A DNA stretch of 64,000 nucleotides from Candidatus Limnocylindrales bacterium (lineage in GTDB: Bacteria; Chloroflexota; Dormibacteria; CF-121). A model generated the notes under the pieces. That model was not told the DNA's origin and did not search any database. It saw only the letters and a list, made by a program, of their open reading frames with translations. Below are positions 50,697 through 60,105 of this stretch, in pieces. Both the position numbers and the translations under genes were made by a program. Within the stretch, counting starts at the first letter, position 1, and every line of letters starts with the position of its first letter. The stretch is from the NCBI GenBank assembly GCA_035632635.1, contig DASQGL010000068.1:10895-74894 (forward strand), given 5' to 3'.

Positions 50697-53240
50697 ATGA
50701 CAAGCGCCGAGATCCGCCAGCGTTTTCTCAACTTCTTCAAAGAGCGGGACCACCAGGTGCTGCCCAGCTCCTCCCTGATCCCGTTCGATGATCCGACCCT
50801 GTTGTTCACGAGCGCCGGCATGGTCCAGTTCAAGCCGTACTTCCTCGGGCAGAAGACCCCGCCCTATCCCCGCGCGGTCACCGTCCAGAAGGTGTTCCGC
50901 ACCGTGGACATCGAGGTGGTCGGGCACGACGGCCATCACCTGACCTTCTTCGAGATGCTGGGCAACTTCTCGTTCGGCGACTACTTCAAGGAGAAGGCGA
51001 TCCCCTACGCCTATGAGTTCCTCACCCGTGAGCTCCAGCTCGATCCGGAGCGCCTGTGGGCCGGCATTCACGAGGAGGACGATGAGAGCTTCGACATCTG
51101 GGTCCGGACCGGCATTCCGCCGGAGCGGATCCGCCGCTTCGGCGATCAGTACAACTTCTGGGCGGCCGGCCCGACCGGCCCCTGTGGTCCCGACTCGGAG
51201 ATCCATTACGACTGGGGCGAGGAATACGGGTGCGGCCGGCCGGACTGCGGGCCCAACTGCGAGGACTGTGACCGCTTCCTCGAGATCTGGAACCTCGTCT
51301 TCATGCAGTGGGACCGTGACGAGAGCGGCACCCGCAGGCCCTTGAAGCGGAAAGGGATCGACACCGGGATGGGGCTGAACCGGATCACCCAGGTGGTCAG
51401 CGGGAAGCGCAGCGTCTTCGAGACCGATATGTTCACGCCGCTCATCGCCCACTTCGAGCACCTGGCCGCGAAGTCGTACGGCTCGAGCCCCGAGGTCGAC
51501 GTCTCGCTGCGCGTGCTCGCCGATCACAGCCGGGGGGCGTCCATGCTGGTCGCGGACGGGGTGGTCCCGTCGAACGAGGGGCGAGGCTACGTCTTGAGGC
51601 GCCTGATTCGTCGCGCCATGGTCCACGCCCGGCGGCTCGGGACGGGGGAGGGCCTCTCGTCGGCGGTTCCGGTCGTCGAGGAGCTGCTGGGCGAGGCCTA
51701 TCCGGAGCTGACCCAGAAGAGCCGGCAGATCGCACAGACGCTTCGCGCGGAGGAAGATCGATTCGCGATCGCCCTGCGCGCCGGGATGGAGCGCCTCCAG
51801 GGCCTGCTCGACCAGGGCCGGCTGACCCCCGAGGAGGTGTTCTACCTCCACGACACGCTCGGCTTCCCGATCGAGCTCACCCGGGAGCTTGCCGCCGAGC
51901 GGGGCATCACGGTCGACATGGCGGCCGTGGCGGCGCTGATGCAGGGACAGCGAGAGCGCAGCCGGGGCGCCGGTGGTGCCTTCCAGGGACCGGTCGCGAA
52001 GACCGCGACGCGGTTCATCGGCTATGACGGCCTGGCGGCCGACACCGTCATCAGCGAGCTCTTCGAGGTGTCGGGGACGCCGGACCAGGCTGACGTCTTC
52101 CTGGAGGAGACGCCCTTCTACGCGGAGCGCGGCGGGCAGACGGCGGATGCCGGCTGGCTGACCTGGAGCGGTGGGGAGGGGGAGGTGCTCGACGTCCAGG
52201 CCCAGGGCGAGGCGATCCGGCACCGCGTCCGGATCAAGGGGCGGCGGCCCGGCGAACGCGAGCCGGTCCACGCGGAGGTCGACCGCCCGCGCCGGATGGC
52301 CGTCGCGCGGCACCATTCCGCGACCCACCTGCTGCACCGGGCCCTGCGCCAGGTGCTCGGCGAGGAGGCGACCCAGGCCGGCTCCGCCGTCCTCCCCGAG
52401 CACGCCACCTTCGACTTCCGGTTTCCCCGCGCGCTCACCCCACAGGAGCTGGATCGGGTCGGAACCCTGCTCAACGACAAGATTCGCGAGGACCTGCCCC
52501 GGCGCGTCGAGGAGATGCCGCTGCAGGAGGCGGTCCGCAGCGGCGCGGTCGCCCTCTTCGACGAGAAGTACGGGGAGCGGGTCCGGGTGGTCTCCTTCGG
52601 CGACTGGGCCCGGGAGCTCTGCGGGGGCACCCACGTCGAGCGAAGCGGCCAGATCGGCCTGGCGCTGCTCTCATCCGACCGGTCGATCGGGACCGGGATC
52701 CGGCGGATCGAGATGCGGGCGGGCGAGGCCGCCTATCGCCAGGTCCGGATGGAGGAGGGGGTGCTGCACCGTCTGGCCGAGGCGCTCAAGGGCACGCCCC
52801 TGGAGCTCCCCGGGAAGGTCGAGACGCTCCAGGGCGAGCTCAAGCGCCTGGAGAAGGAGGCGGCCACCCTCAAGCAGCGGCTCGCCACGGGCGGCGCCGC
52901 CCGGGTGGACGAGGCCGAGGTCTCGGGCGTGAAGATCCTGCTCCAGGTCGTCGATCCCGACGAGCGGGACCTGAAAGTGTACTTCGATCACCTGCTCCAG
53001 CGGGCGCCCAAAGGCGGGGTGGCCCTCGTCGTTGGCGGGCAGCGCTACGCGGTCAAGGTGGGCGGGCTCAACGGCCGCCTCCAGGCCAACGATGTGATCC
53101 AGGCCTTCCGCCAGGTGGTGGGGGGCAAAGGGGGCGGGCGCGGCCCCGTCGGGGAGGGTGGAGGCATCGATCCACAGCGCGTGGCGGAGGGCTTCCGGTC
53201 GATCCAGGCGCTCGTCCTTCAGCGGCTGGGGGGCGCCTGA
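50697..53240 (+). CDS. alaS: Alanyl-tRNA synthetase
   Basis: FTSAGMVQFKP motif, editing domain (HSATHLLH, CGGTHV), and a C-terminal DHHA1-type tail. Confidence 0.95.
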   Translation: MTSAEIRQRFLNFFKERDHQVLPSSSLIPFDDPTLLFTSAGMVQFKPYFLGQKTPPYPRAVTVQKVFRTVDIEVVGHDGHHLTFFEMLGNFSFGDYFKEKAIPYAYEFLTRELQLDPERLWAGIHEEDDESFDIWVRTGIPPERIRRFGDQYNFWAAGPTGPCGPDSEIHYDWGEEYGCGRPDCGPNCEDCDRFLEIWNLVFMQWDRDESGTRRPLKRKGIDTGMGLNRITQVVSGKRSVFETDMFTPLIAHFEHLAAKSYGSSPEVDVSLRVLADHSRGASMLVADGVVPSNEGRGYVLRRLIRRAMVHARRLGTGEGLSSAVPVVEELLGEAYPELTQKSRQIAQTLRAEEDRFAIALRAGMERLQGLLDQGRLTPEEVFYLHDTLGFPIELTRELAAERGITVDMAAVAALMQGQRERSRGAGGAFQGPVAKTATRFIGYDGLAADTVISELFEVSGTPDQADVFLEETPFYAERGGQTADAGWLTWSGGEGEVLDVQAQGEAIRHRVRIKGRRPGEREPVHAEVDRPRRMAVARHHSATHLLHRALRQVLGEEATQAGSAVLPEHATFDFRFPRALTPQELDRVGTLLNDKIREDLPRRVEEMPLQEAVRSGAVALFDEKYGERVRVVSFGDWARELCGGTHVERSGQIGLALLSSDRSIGTGIRRIEMRAGEAAYRQVRMEEGVLHRLAEALKGTPLELPGKVETLQGELKRLEKEAATLKQRLATGGAARVDEAEVSGVKILLQVVDPDERDLKVYFDHLLQRAPKGGVALVVGGQRYAVKVGGLNGRLQANDVIQAFRQVVGGKGGGRGPVGEGGGIDPQRVAEGFRSIQALVLQRLGGA

Positions 53241-54508
53241 TGCTGAAGCTCAAACAGCGGTTCAAGCGGATGCGGCGAGGCCAGGAGTACGCCAACCTCT
53301 ATACGGCGCTCGATATCGGGACCGAGTACATCAAGGCGCTCGTGGTGCGCCGGGAAGGCCGCAACGGCGTCGTGCTGGGCGCCTCGCGGGAGCGTCAGGC
53401 GTTTGCCGACATGCAGGCGGGTGTGCCCTCCGACATCCAGGGCATCATCGAGACCTGCGACAGGGCGATGTCCCGGGCGGAGGACATGTGCGACACGATC
53501 CCGGGCCAGGCCGTGATCGGGATCGCCGGCGAGCAGGTCAAGGGGTTCAGCACGTCGGTCACCGTGCCGCGGGCGGACCCGCAGCTGAAGATCAACGAGG
53601 TCGAGCTGATGCAGACGCTGCAGCTGGTCGAGAAGCGGGCCATGCGCGAGGCGCGCCACCTGATGAGCCTCGAGCTGGGCGTCCCCGACGTCGACGTCAA
53701 GCTGATCAACTCGGCGATCACCAACGTCCGGATCGACGGGTTCGCGGTCACGAACCCACTGGATTTCCAGGGCAAGCAGATGATCGTCACGGCTTTCAAC
53801 ACCTTTGCGCCCCTGACGCAGATCGGCGCCCTGCAGACGATCGCGTCGGAGCTGGATCTCGAGCTGGTGGCGGCCGTCGCGGAACCGTATGCGATGGCGC
53901 GCTGCGTCGCGACCGACGAGGTCTATGACTTCGGGGCCATCTTCATCGACATCGGCGGGGGCACGACCGATGTCGCGCTCGTGCGCAACGGCGGCATCGA
54001 GGGAACGCGGATGTTCCCGATCGGGGGCCGGGTCTTCACGAAGAAGCTGGCCGCTCGCTTCAGCCTGTCCTTTCAGGACGCCGAGGCGGTCAAGCTCCGG
54101 CATTCGAAAGGCGAGCTGCCCCAGGGGCAGGAGGAGCGGGTGCGCCAGGTGCTGTCGAAGGACGCAGAGGTCCTGGTCGAGGGTGTCGCGATCACCCTCC
54201 AGGAGATGGCGAAGGGCGATCGGCTGCCCCACGCGATCTACCTCGCCGGAGGGGGAAGCGCCCTGCCGGAGGTTCGCCAGCAGCTCGAGGCCTTCGAGTG
54301 GACCCGGCTGCCGTTCGGGCGTGCCCCGGTGATCGGCGTGCTCCGGCCGCAGGACGTGCGCGGCATCTACGATTCGACCGGGTTGCTCCTCGACCAGCAG
54401 GACATCACGCCCATGGGGCTCGCCTTCCACGCCATCCAGCAGGGCGCCGGCGAGGACGGCCCCCTGCACACGGTCATGCGCAAGGTCCTCAAGGCGATGA
54501 AGGTATGA
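53240..54508 (+). CDS. Actin-fold ATPase, divergent FtsA/PilM-like
   Basis: Phosphate-1 ALDIGTEYIKALVV, phosphate-2 IFIDIGGGTTDVALV, adenosine motif IYLAGGGSALP. 422 aa. Not in a division/cell-wall cluster context. Confidence 0.7.
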   Translation: MLKLKQRFKRMRRGQEYANLYTALDIGTEYIKALVVRREGRNGVVLGASRERQAFADMQAGVPSDIQGIIETCDRAMSRAEDMCDTIPGQAVIGIAGEQVKGFSTSVTVPRADPQLKINEVELMQTLQLVEKRAMREARHLMSLELGVPDVDVKLINSAITNVRIDGFAVTNPLDFQGKQMIVTAFNTFAPLTQIGALQTIASELDLELVAAVAEPYAMARCVATDEVYDFGAIFIDIGGGTTDVALVRNGGIEGTRMFPIGGRVFTKKLAARFSLSFQDAEAVKLRHSKGELPQGQEERVRQVLSKDAEVLVEGVAITLQEMAKGDRLPHAIYLAGGGSALPEVRQQLEAFEWTRLPFGRAPVIGVLRPQDVRGIYDSTGLLLDQQDITPMGLAFHAIQQGAGEDGPLHTVMRKVLKAMKV

Positions 54509-54557
54509 GCGCCGAAGGTTACACCGTAACCGCTCGACAGACGATGCCGTTTGCGGT

Positions 54558-56222
54558 ATGACTGACGGCGGCGAGCGACCGATCTTGGCGACGGAGAGTG
54601 AAATGAAGACGCTGGCGAAGTTGCTCTACGTGGAGGCGGACGAGGAGGTGACTGACCTCGTCGACCGGCTCCGCGCCCTCCAGGACGAGGACGCGGTCAG
54701 CTTTGTCGTGCCCGATCGGGCCCGCGCGCTCCAGAGCCCGATGTCGTTCCGGCTGCTCAAGCGCTACGCCGACGCCTACGGGAAGCACGTGAACCTGATC
54801 AGCTCGGACCCGCGCCTCCAGGCGCTGGCGCTGGAGTCCGGCTTCTCCGCCTACCCGACGCTCGCCGCCTACGAGTCCGGGGCGGAGGTCCACCGTCCGG
54901 GAGAGAGCGCCGACTCGGCCCAGGCGGAAGGGCCGGTTGGGGCGGCGGCTGCCGTCGCGGTCGCCGAGCCGGTCCTGGCCGGCGTCGCCGAGTCCGCCGC
55001 TCCGCCGTACGCCCGGACCCGGACGCAGGACGTCGTCTCCGCGCCGCCGCGCAAGCCGGTGGCCGCGCCCGCGGACCGCGGGCGGGTCGTCAAGCCTCCG
55101 CGCGACAGGCGGCTGTTCGCGATCGGCGGGGGCGTCGTCGCGCTGCTGGCGCTCGTCTTCGCGGTGCTGTTTGTGCCCACGGCCGACGTGCGCCTGACCG
55201 TGACTGGGACGCCGCTCAAGACCGACATGCAGCTGATCGGGCAGCCCAACCCGGTGTCGGGCACGATCGACCACTTCCCAACCCAGGCGATCAGCGCCAC
55301 GGAGAGTCTCACCGCGCAGGGCACCGCCACCGGTCAGAAGCAGATTCCGGCGATAGCGGCGACGGGCCAGGTGGTCTTCAAGAACAACTCACACTTCGTC
55401 GTTCAGTTCCCACGCAATACCGAAGTAGGCGCCGGAGGAAATGTGAGATTCCGGACGCAGGCCGCGACCGAGTTCCTCTTACCGGGTAGCTCCTCCAAGA
55501 GCATTCCGATTACGGCCGAGAACGCCGGCGCGAGTGGCGACGTCGCTGCAAACGCGATAACGATCATCTATCCGACGGATCAGACTCAAGACTTCGCCGT
55601 CAACAATGCGCAAGCGACCGGCGGTGGTGCCGATCAGCGCGTCGCCACGGTCATCCAGCAATCGGACATCGATGCCGTGAGCCAGGCGCTCACCTCGCAG
55701 CTCAACCCGAAGGTCCAGGACGACCTGAACGGCAAGGCGAAGGGGCAGCACCTGATCGCCCCGGACCAGCCGAAGGTTCAGACACAGACGGATCACCAGC
55801 TGGGCGACGAGACCGCGAACTTCAACATGACCATGACGATCACGGCGAGCGGCGTCACCTTCGACAACGCCCAGGTCACCAGGCTGCTGCGCGACGCGCT
55901 CCAGCGCAAGGTGCCGGTCGGCTCGCAGCTGCTCCAGGACCCGCAGCAGACCTCCTACGACGTCGCCCAGGCCACAAGTGACGGCAACGTGACGCTCAAC
56001 GGCCACGCGTCCGGCTACACGGTGATCGTCTTCTCCCAGGAGGCGATGCGGGCGCACATGAAGGGCCACTCGCCGTCGTCCGCACGGGCGTTCCTGCAGG
56101 GCCTGCCGAACGTGGTCGACGTCAACCTGCGCCAGGATCCGATCGGCCTCCCGTGGCTGCCGTTCTTCTCCTCCCACATCACGATCCACATCCAGGAGGT
56201 CACCGGGACCGCGTCTCCGTGA
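54558..56222 (+). CDS. Single-pass membrane protein: N-terminal cytoplasmic α/β domain, A/P-rich linker, TM, and a ~330-aa T/Q/N-rich extracytoplasmic β-rich domain
   Basis: TM LFAIGGGVVALLALVFAVLFV at ~aa 200. Follows the FtsA-like gene 49 nt downstream. GTGA-coupled to ruvX. Confidence 0.6.
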   Translation: MTDGGERPILATESEMKTLAKLLYVEADEEVTDLVDRLRALQDEDAVSFVVPDRARALQSPMSFRLLKRYADAYGKHVNLISSDPRLQALALESGFSAYPTLAAYESGAEVHRPGESADSAQAEGPVGAAAAVAVAEPVLAGVAESAAPPYARTRTQDVVSAPPRKPVAAPADRGRVVKPPRDRRLFAIGGGVVALLALVFAVLFVPTADVRLTVTGTPLKTDMQLIGQPNPVSGTIDHFPTQAISATESLTAQGTATGQKQIPAIAATGQVVFKNNSHFVVQFPRNTEVGAGGNVRFRTQAATEFLLPGSSSKSIPITAENAGASGDVAANAITIIYPTDQTQDFAVNNAQATGGGADQRVATVIQQSDIDAVSQALTSQLNPKVQDDLNGKAKGQHLIAPDQPKVQTQTDHQLGDETANFNMTMTITASGVTFDNAQVTRLLRDALQRKVPVGSQLLQDPQQTSYDVAQATSDGNVTLNGHASGYTVIVFSQEAMRAHMKGHSPSSARAFLQGLPNVVDVNLRQDPIGLPWLPFFSSHITIHIQEVTGTASP

Positions 56223-56650
56223 GGATCCTCGCGATCGATCCGGGCAGCGTCCGCCTCGGGCTTTCCCTGAGCGACCCCTCCGGTGTCATCGCGCAGCCCC
56301 TTAAGGTGCTCCGCCGGCGCTCTCCGCAGGAGGACCTGGCCGCTCTCAAGAAGCTCGTCGACGAGTACCGGGTCGAGCGGATCGTTGTGGGCCTGCCGCG
56401 ATTGATGAATGGTACCCTGGATGTCGCGGCGCGGGATGCGCAGGCATTTGGCGCGCAGGTGGAACGGGCGACCGGGACGCCGGTGGCATACTGGGACGAA
56501 CGCCTGACCACGGTGGCGGCGGAACGGCACTTGATCGCACAGGGCGCCCGCCGGCACAAGCGCCGGTCGAGCGTCGATGAGGTCGCGGCGACGCTGTTGC
56601 TGCAGGGATACCTCGATTACCAGGCTGGCCGCAGGGAAGGAGACGGATGA
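56219..56650 (+). CDS. ruvX: Holliday-junction resolvase-like RuvX/YqgF
   Basis: GTG start gives (M)RILAIDPGSVRLGLSLSD; RNase H-like fold. The listed ORF start at 56153 is over-extended. Confidence 0.9.
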   Translation: MRILAIDPGSVRLGLSLSDPSGVIAQPLKVLRRRSPQEDLAALKKLVDEYRVERIVVGLPRLMNGTLDVAARDAQAFGAQVERATGTPVAYWDERLTTVAAERHLIAQGARRHKRRSSVDEVAATLLLQGYLDYQAGRREGDG

Positions 56651-56937
56651 TGCCACAGGGAATCGAACCAAACGGCGAAGTCCAGACCATCGAGCTGGTC
56701 AACGAGAAGACCGGCGAGGAGGAGAGCTACCTGGTCCACGACGTCGTCGAGATCGAGGGAGAGACCTACTACGTCCTGCAATCGGAGACGGACGAGGAGC
56801 GCGTCCTCATCCTGCGGCGTGACGGCGAAGCGCTGGTCACACTCGACGAGGAAGAGCACGATCGGGTCGTCGAGCAGCTCGAAGCCTTCGAGGAGGAGGA
56901 GGACGATCTGGAAGAGGACGGCGAGGCCGACGACTGA
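56647..56937 (+). CDS. DUF1292 (YrzB-like) acidic protein
   Basis: 96 aa with an E/D-rich tail. Conserved ruvX–DUF1292–mltG order. Confidence 0.75.
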   Translation: MMPQGIEPNGEVQTIELVNEKTGEEESYLVHDVVEIEGETYYVLQSETDEERVLILRRDGEALVTLDEEEHDRVVEQLEAFEEEEDDLEEDGEADD

Positions 56938-56962
56938 GTTCGTGGATGCGCTCGTCGACTGA

Positions 56963-58042
56963 ATGACCGCCTCGCCGCGTTCGTCCGGTGGGATGCGGGC
57001 TCCCATGCCCCGCTCCCGGGGCCGGACCTGCTTGCAGCTCGTCCTGGTGCTCCTCTTCCTCCTGCCCGCCATGATCGGCATCCCGGCCGTGATCGGGTAC
57101 GCCTACGTCGATCACCAGCTCCATCAGCCGGCCAACCCGGGCAGCAACAAGGCGCGTTTCGTGATCCCGCCGGGCGCGTCCTTCGCCCAGGTGGCCGAGA
57201 CGCTCCACCAGGTCGGCCTCATCGACAACCCGCTGGTGTTCCGGCTCTACGCGCGATACAGGCACCTCGATCGGACCGTCGAAGCGGGCGCCTATCAGCT
57301 CAGCCACAACCTGAACATGCAGCAGATCCTCACGGCACTGCAGACCGCCATCCCTGAGGAGATCTTCATCACGATCCCCGAGGGTTTCACGATCCAGAAG
57401 ACCGCCCAGAAGCTCGACCAGGGCGGGCTGATCAAGGGCCAGGACTACCTCGATCTGGCCCAGCATGGCCAGTTCAACTACGACTTCCTGCAGGGCCGGC
57501 CGCCCGGGTCGAGCCTCGAAGGCTTCCTCTTCCCGGAGACCTACCTCGTGCCGCGCAACGCGACCGCCCGGCAGCTGATCACCCTCCAGCTGGACGAGTT
57601 CGGCCGGAACTGGACGGCAGCCCGCAAGGCGGAGGCGGACAAGCGCAAGCTGACCGTGCTTCAGATCGTGACGCTCGCCTCGATCATCGAGCGCGAGGCC
57701 CGCTTCGACGCCGACCGGCAGCTCGTGGCCAGCGTCTTCTACAACCGCCTTGCGATCAATATGCCGCTCCAGGCGGATGCCACCGTGCTCTACGCAAAGG
57801 GGGTCTGGCAGTCGAGCGTGACGCTCGATGACCGCAAGGTCGACTCCCCCTACAACACGTATCTGCATGCGGGGCTTCCTCCGGGACCGATCGCGAACCC
57901 CGGACTCAAAGCGATCGACGCCGCGCTCGAGCCGGCGCAAAGCACCTACCTCTACTACCTCTCCGACCCCCAGGGACACAACCACTACGCCACCACCTAC
58001 GACCAGTTCGTCCAGCTCCTCCACCAGTACGGCCTCCAGTAG
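56963..58042 (+). CDS. mltG: Endolytic murein transglycosylase MltG (YceG-like)
   Basis: N-terminal TM, a LysM-like region, and FPETYLV...LYA...YNTY motifs. Confidence 0.9.
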   Translation: MTASPRSSGGMRAPMPRSRGRTCLQLVLVLLFLLPAMIGIPAVIGYAYVDHQLHQPANPGSNKARFVIPPGASFAQVAETLHQVGLIDNPLVFRLYARYRHLDRTVEAGAYQLSHNLNMQQILTALQTAIPEEIFITIPEGFTIQKTAQKLDQGGLIKGQDYLDLAQHGQFNYDFLQGRPPGSSLEGFLFPETYLVPRNATARQLITLQLDEFGRNWTAARKAEADKRKLTVLQIVTLASIIEREARFDADRQLVASVFYNRLAINMPLQADATVLYAKGVWQSSVTLDDRKVDSPYNTYLHAGLPPGPIANPGLKAIDAALEPAQSTYLYYLSDPQGHNHYATTYDQFVQLLHQYGLQ

Positions 58043-58076
58043 GCCCTGGGGCGACGCCCGGCGGCGGGGCCGCCGC

Positions 58077-58898
58077 GTGCTGTTGCTGGGCGATTCGGCG
58101 AGCGCCGCCTACTCCGCCCGCCTGCACAACGCGGCTTTCGAGGCGGCCGGGCTCCCGGCGCGATTCGAAGCCCGGCGGGTGCGCCCCCACGAGTTGAAGG
58201 CGACCGTGGATGCGCTCCGGCAGGACGGTGAGCTCATGGGGGCCAGTATCACCGCTCCCTTCGGGACCGCGATCATCCCGTTCCTGGACGGGCTCGGGCC
58301 CGAGGCGCGTGCCTGCGGCAGCGTGACGACGCTCAGTTACCGGGCCGGGGCGCTGGTGGGATGGAACACGGATGGCACGGCGTTCTTGCAGGCGCTGGAG
58401 GACGCCGAGATCGACGCCGACGGCCGCGACGTCGTCATCGTCGGGGCCGGCGCGGCCGCCCGCAGCATCGCCAGCGTGCTGCGCGATTCCGCCCAGCGGG
58501 TCTGGATCGCGGCCCAGGACCTGGGGCAGGCCGAGCGCCTCTGCCAGGACCTCCAGATCGCGGCCGGCGGGGCGGTGGCGATGGATGCCCTGCCGCTCAT
58601 CCTGCGCAAGGCGACCCTCGTGATCAACGCCACCCCGGTGGGAGGGGACGGGCATAGCCTCGTGTTCCCGGTCCAGTGGCTCCGGGCGAACCAGGTCGTG
58701 ATCGACCTGCTGTACAATCCGCCGCTGACCCCGTTGGTCCGGAGCGCCCGCGGCCGGGGCGCCCGGGCGATCAACGGGCTGACCATGCTGCTGCACCAGG
58801 GCCTTGCCTCGTTCGAGATCTGGACCGGCTCTCCGGCCCCCGAAACCGCCATGCGCGCCGCGCTGGAGCGGGCCGCGGTGCTGGGCCCGGCCACATGA
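58077..58898 (+). CDS. aroE: Shikimate dehydrogenase
   Basis: LHNAAFEAAGL, GWNTDGTAF, VVIVGAGAAARS and LLYNP motifs. GTG at 58077. Confidence 0.85.
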   Translation: MLLLGDSASAAYSARLHNAAFEAAGLPARFEARRVRPHELKATVDALRQDGELMGASITAPFGTAIIPFLDGLGPEARACGSVTTLSYRAGALVGWNTDGTAFLQALEDAEIDADGRDVVIVGAGAAARSIASVLRDSAQRVWIAAQDLGQAERLCQDLQIAAGGAVAMDALPLILRKATLVINATPVGGDGHSLVFPVQWLRANQVVIDLLYNPPLTPLVRSARGRGARAINGLTMLLHQGLASFEIWTGSPAPETAMRAALERAAVLGPAT

Positions 58899-59581
58899 GC
58901 CGGCTGCTGGTTGCGGCGGGCTGGGCGGGGGCGGGGTTGCTGGTCGGCCTCGCGGTCAACGTCTTCTCCTCATGGCAGGCCGGGATCGAGGCCAGATCCG
59001 ATCCCGAGCTCGATCCGGTGATGCGGCCCTGGGAGGTCGCGATCGCCCCGGCACTCTGTGCCGCGCTGTTCGGCATCTTCGCCTGGCGGATCGGATGGGG
59101 CGTGCTCCTGCTGATCGACTCGGTCTACGTCGCCATCCTGGTCCAGGTTTTCGCCTTCGACCTCAAGCACCGCTATATCCTCGATGTCGTGATGCTGCCC
59201 GGCTGGCTCGTCGCCCTGGCCCTGGCGTTCGTCACGCCCTGGACCCCCGGACTCAGCTGGCCCGCCCCGGACTGGCGCACCGCGGTGCTCGCGGCGGTGA
59301 TCGCCGGTCTGGTGTTCTTCGTCCTCTTCTTCGTCGGGACCTGGATCTTCGGCCAGGAGGCCTTCGGCTTCGGCGACGTCAAGCTGGCGGTGTTCATCGG
59401 CCTGTGCACGGGATTGACCGACCTGCGGATGGTGCACGCGCTGCTGGCCGGCGTCTACATCGGCGGGGCGGTGGCGGTGATCCTGCTCCTCACCCGCCGG
59501 GCCCGCATGCGCCAGGCGGTTCCCTATGGCCCCTTCCTGGTTGCCGGCACCGTTCTGACCCTCCTGCTCCAGCGGCCATGA
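58895..59581 (+). CDS. A24-family prepilin peptidase (peptidase domain only)
   Basis: 8-TM protein with the two catalytic Asp regions, including FGFGDVKL. ATGA overlap with aroE. Confidence 0.8.
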   Translation: MSRLLVAAGWAGAGLLVGLAVNVFSSWQAGIEARSDPELDPVMRPWEVAIAPALCAALFGIFAWRIGWGVLLLIDSVYVAILVQVFAFDLKHRYILDVVMLPGWLVALALAFVTPWTPGLSWPAPDWRTAVLAAVIAGLVFFVLFFVGTWIFGQEAFGFGDVKLAVFIGLCTGLTDLRMVHALLAGVYIGGAVAVILLLTRRARMRQAVPYGPFLVAGTVLTLLLQRP

Positions 59582-60063
59582 ACGCGAGAGATCTCCTGCC
59601 TGGCGAGCGGATGCTGATGACGGCCCGGCAGCACTGGGTCGTGCTCCTCCGCCCGTTCGCCGTCACCGGGATCGCCGTCGCGGTGATCCTGGTCCTGCTC
59701 GTGCTGCTCCCCCTCAAAGGTGAGCTGCGGGTCCTGTTCCTGCTGGCCGCCCTGCTGCTCGGGATCCTCCTCCTCAACCTCTATTACTGGCGCTGGCGCG
59801 CCCACGAGTACGTGGTGACCGACCAGCGCGTCATCCTGAACGAAGGCGTCCTGGCCCGCTTCTCGCGGTCGATCGCGATCGACCGCATCCAGGACCTGAC
59901 CGTCTACCAGGGGCTGTGGGGCCGCACCTGGGGATTCGGGGACGTCGAGCTCGAGTCGGCGGGGCGGGACGGCGGCGAGTGGCTGAAGGTCGTGCCCCGC
60001 CCGCAGCAAGTCCGCAACGTGATCTTCACCCAGATCGACGCTCGCCGCCGTTCCAGCCCGTAG
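59578..60063 (+). CDS. Bacterial PH-domain (DUF304/YdbS-like) membrane protein
   Basis: Two TM segments then a PH-like β region (YVVTDQRVILNEGVL...). ATGA overlap with the peptidase gene. Confidence 0.6.
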   Translation: MNARDLLPGERMLMTARQHWVVLLRPFAVTGIAVAVILVLLVLLPLKGELRVLFLLAALLLGILLLNLYYWRWRAHEYVVTDQRVILNEGVLARFSRSIAIDRIQDLTVYQGLWGRTWGFGDVELESAGRDGGEWLKVVPRPQQVRNVIFTQIDARRRSSP

Positions 60064-60105
60064 TGGTATCATGCCGACGCCTTCAGCAGGGGCGGTGAAA
60101 CTTCC

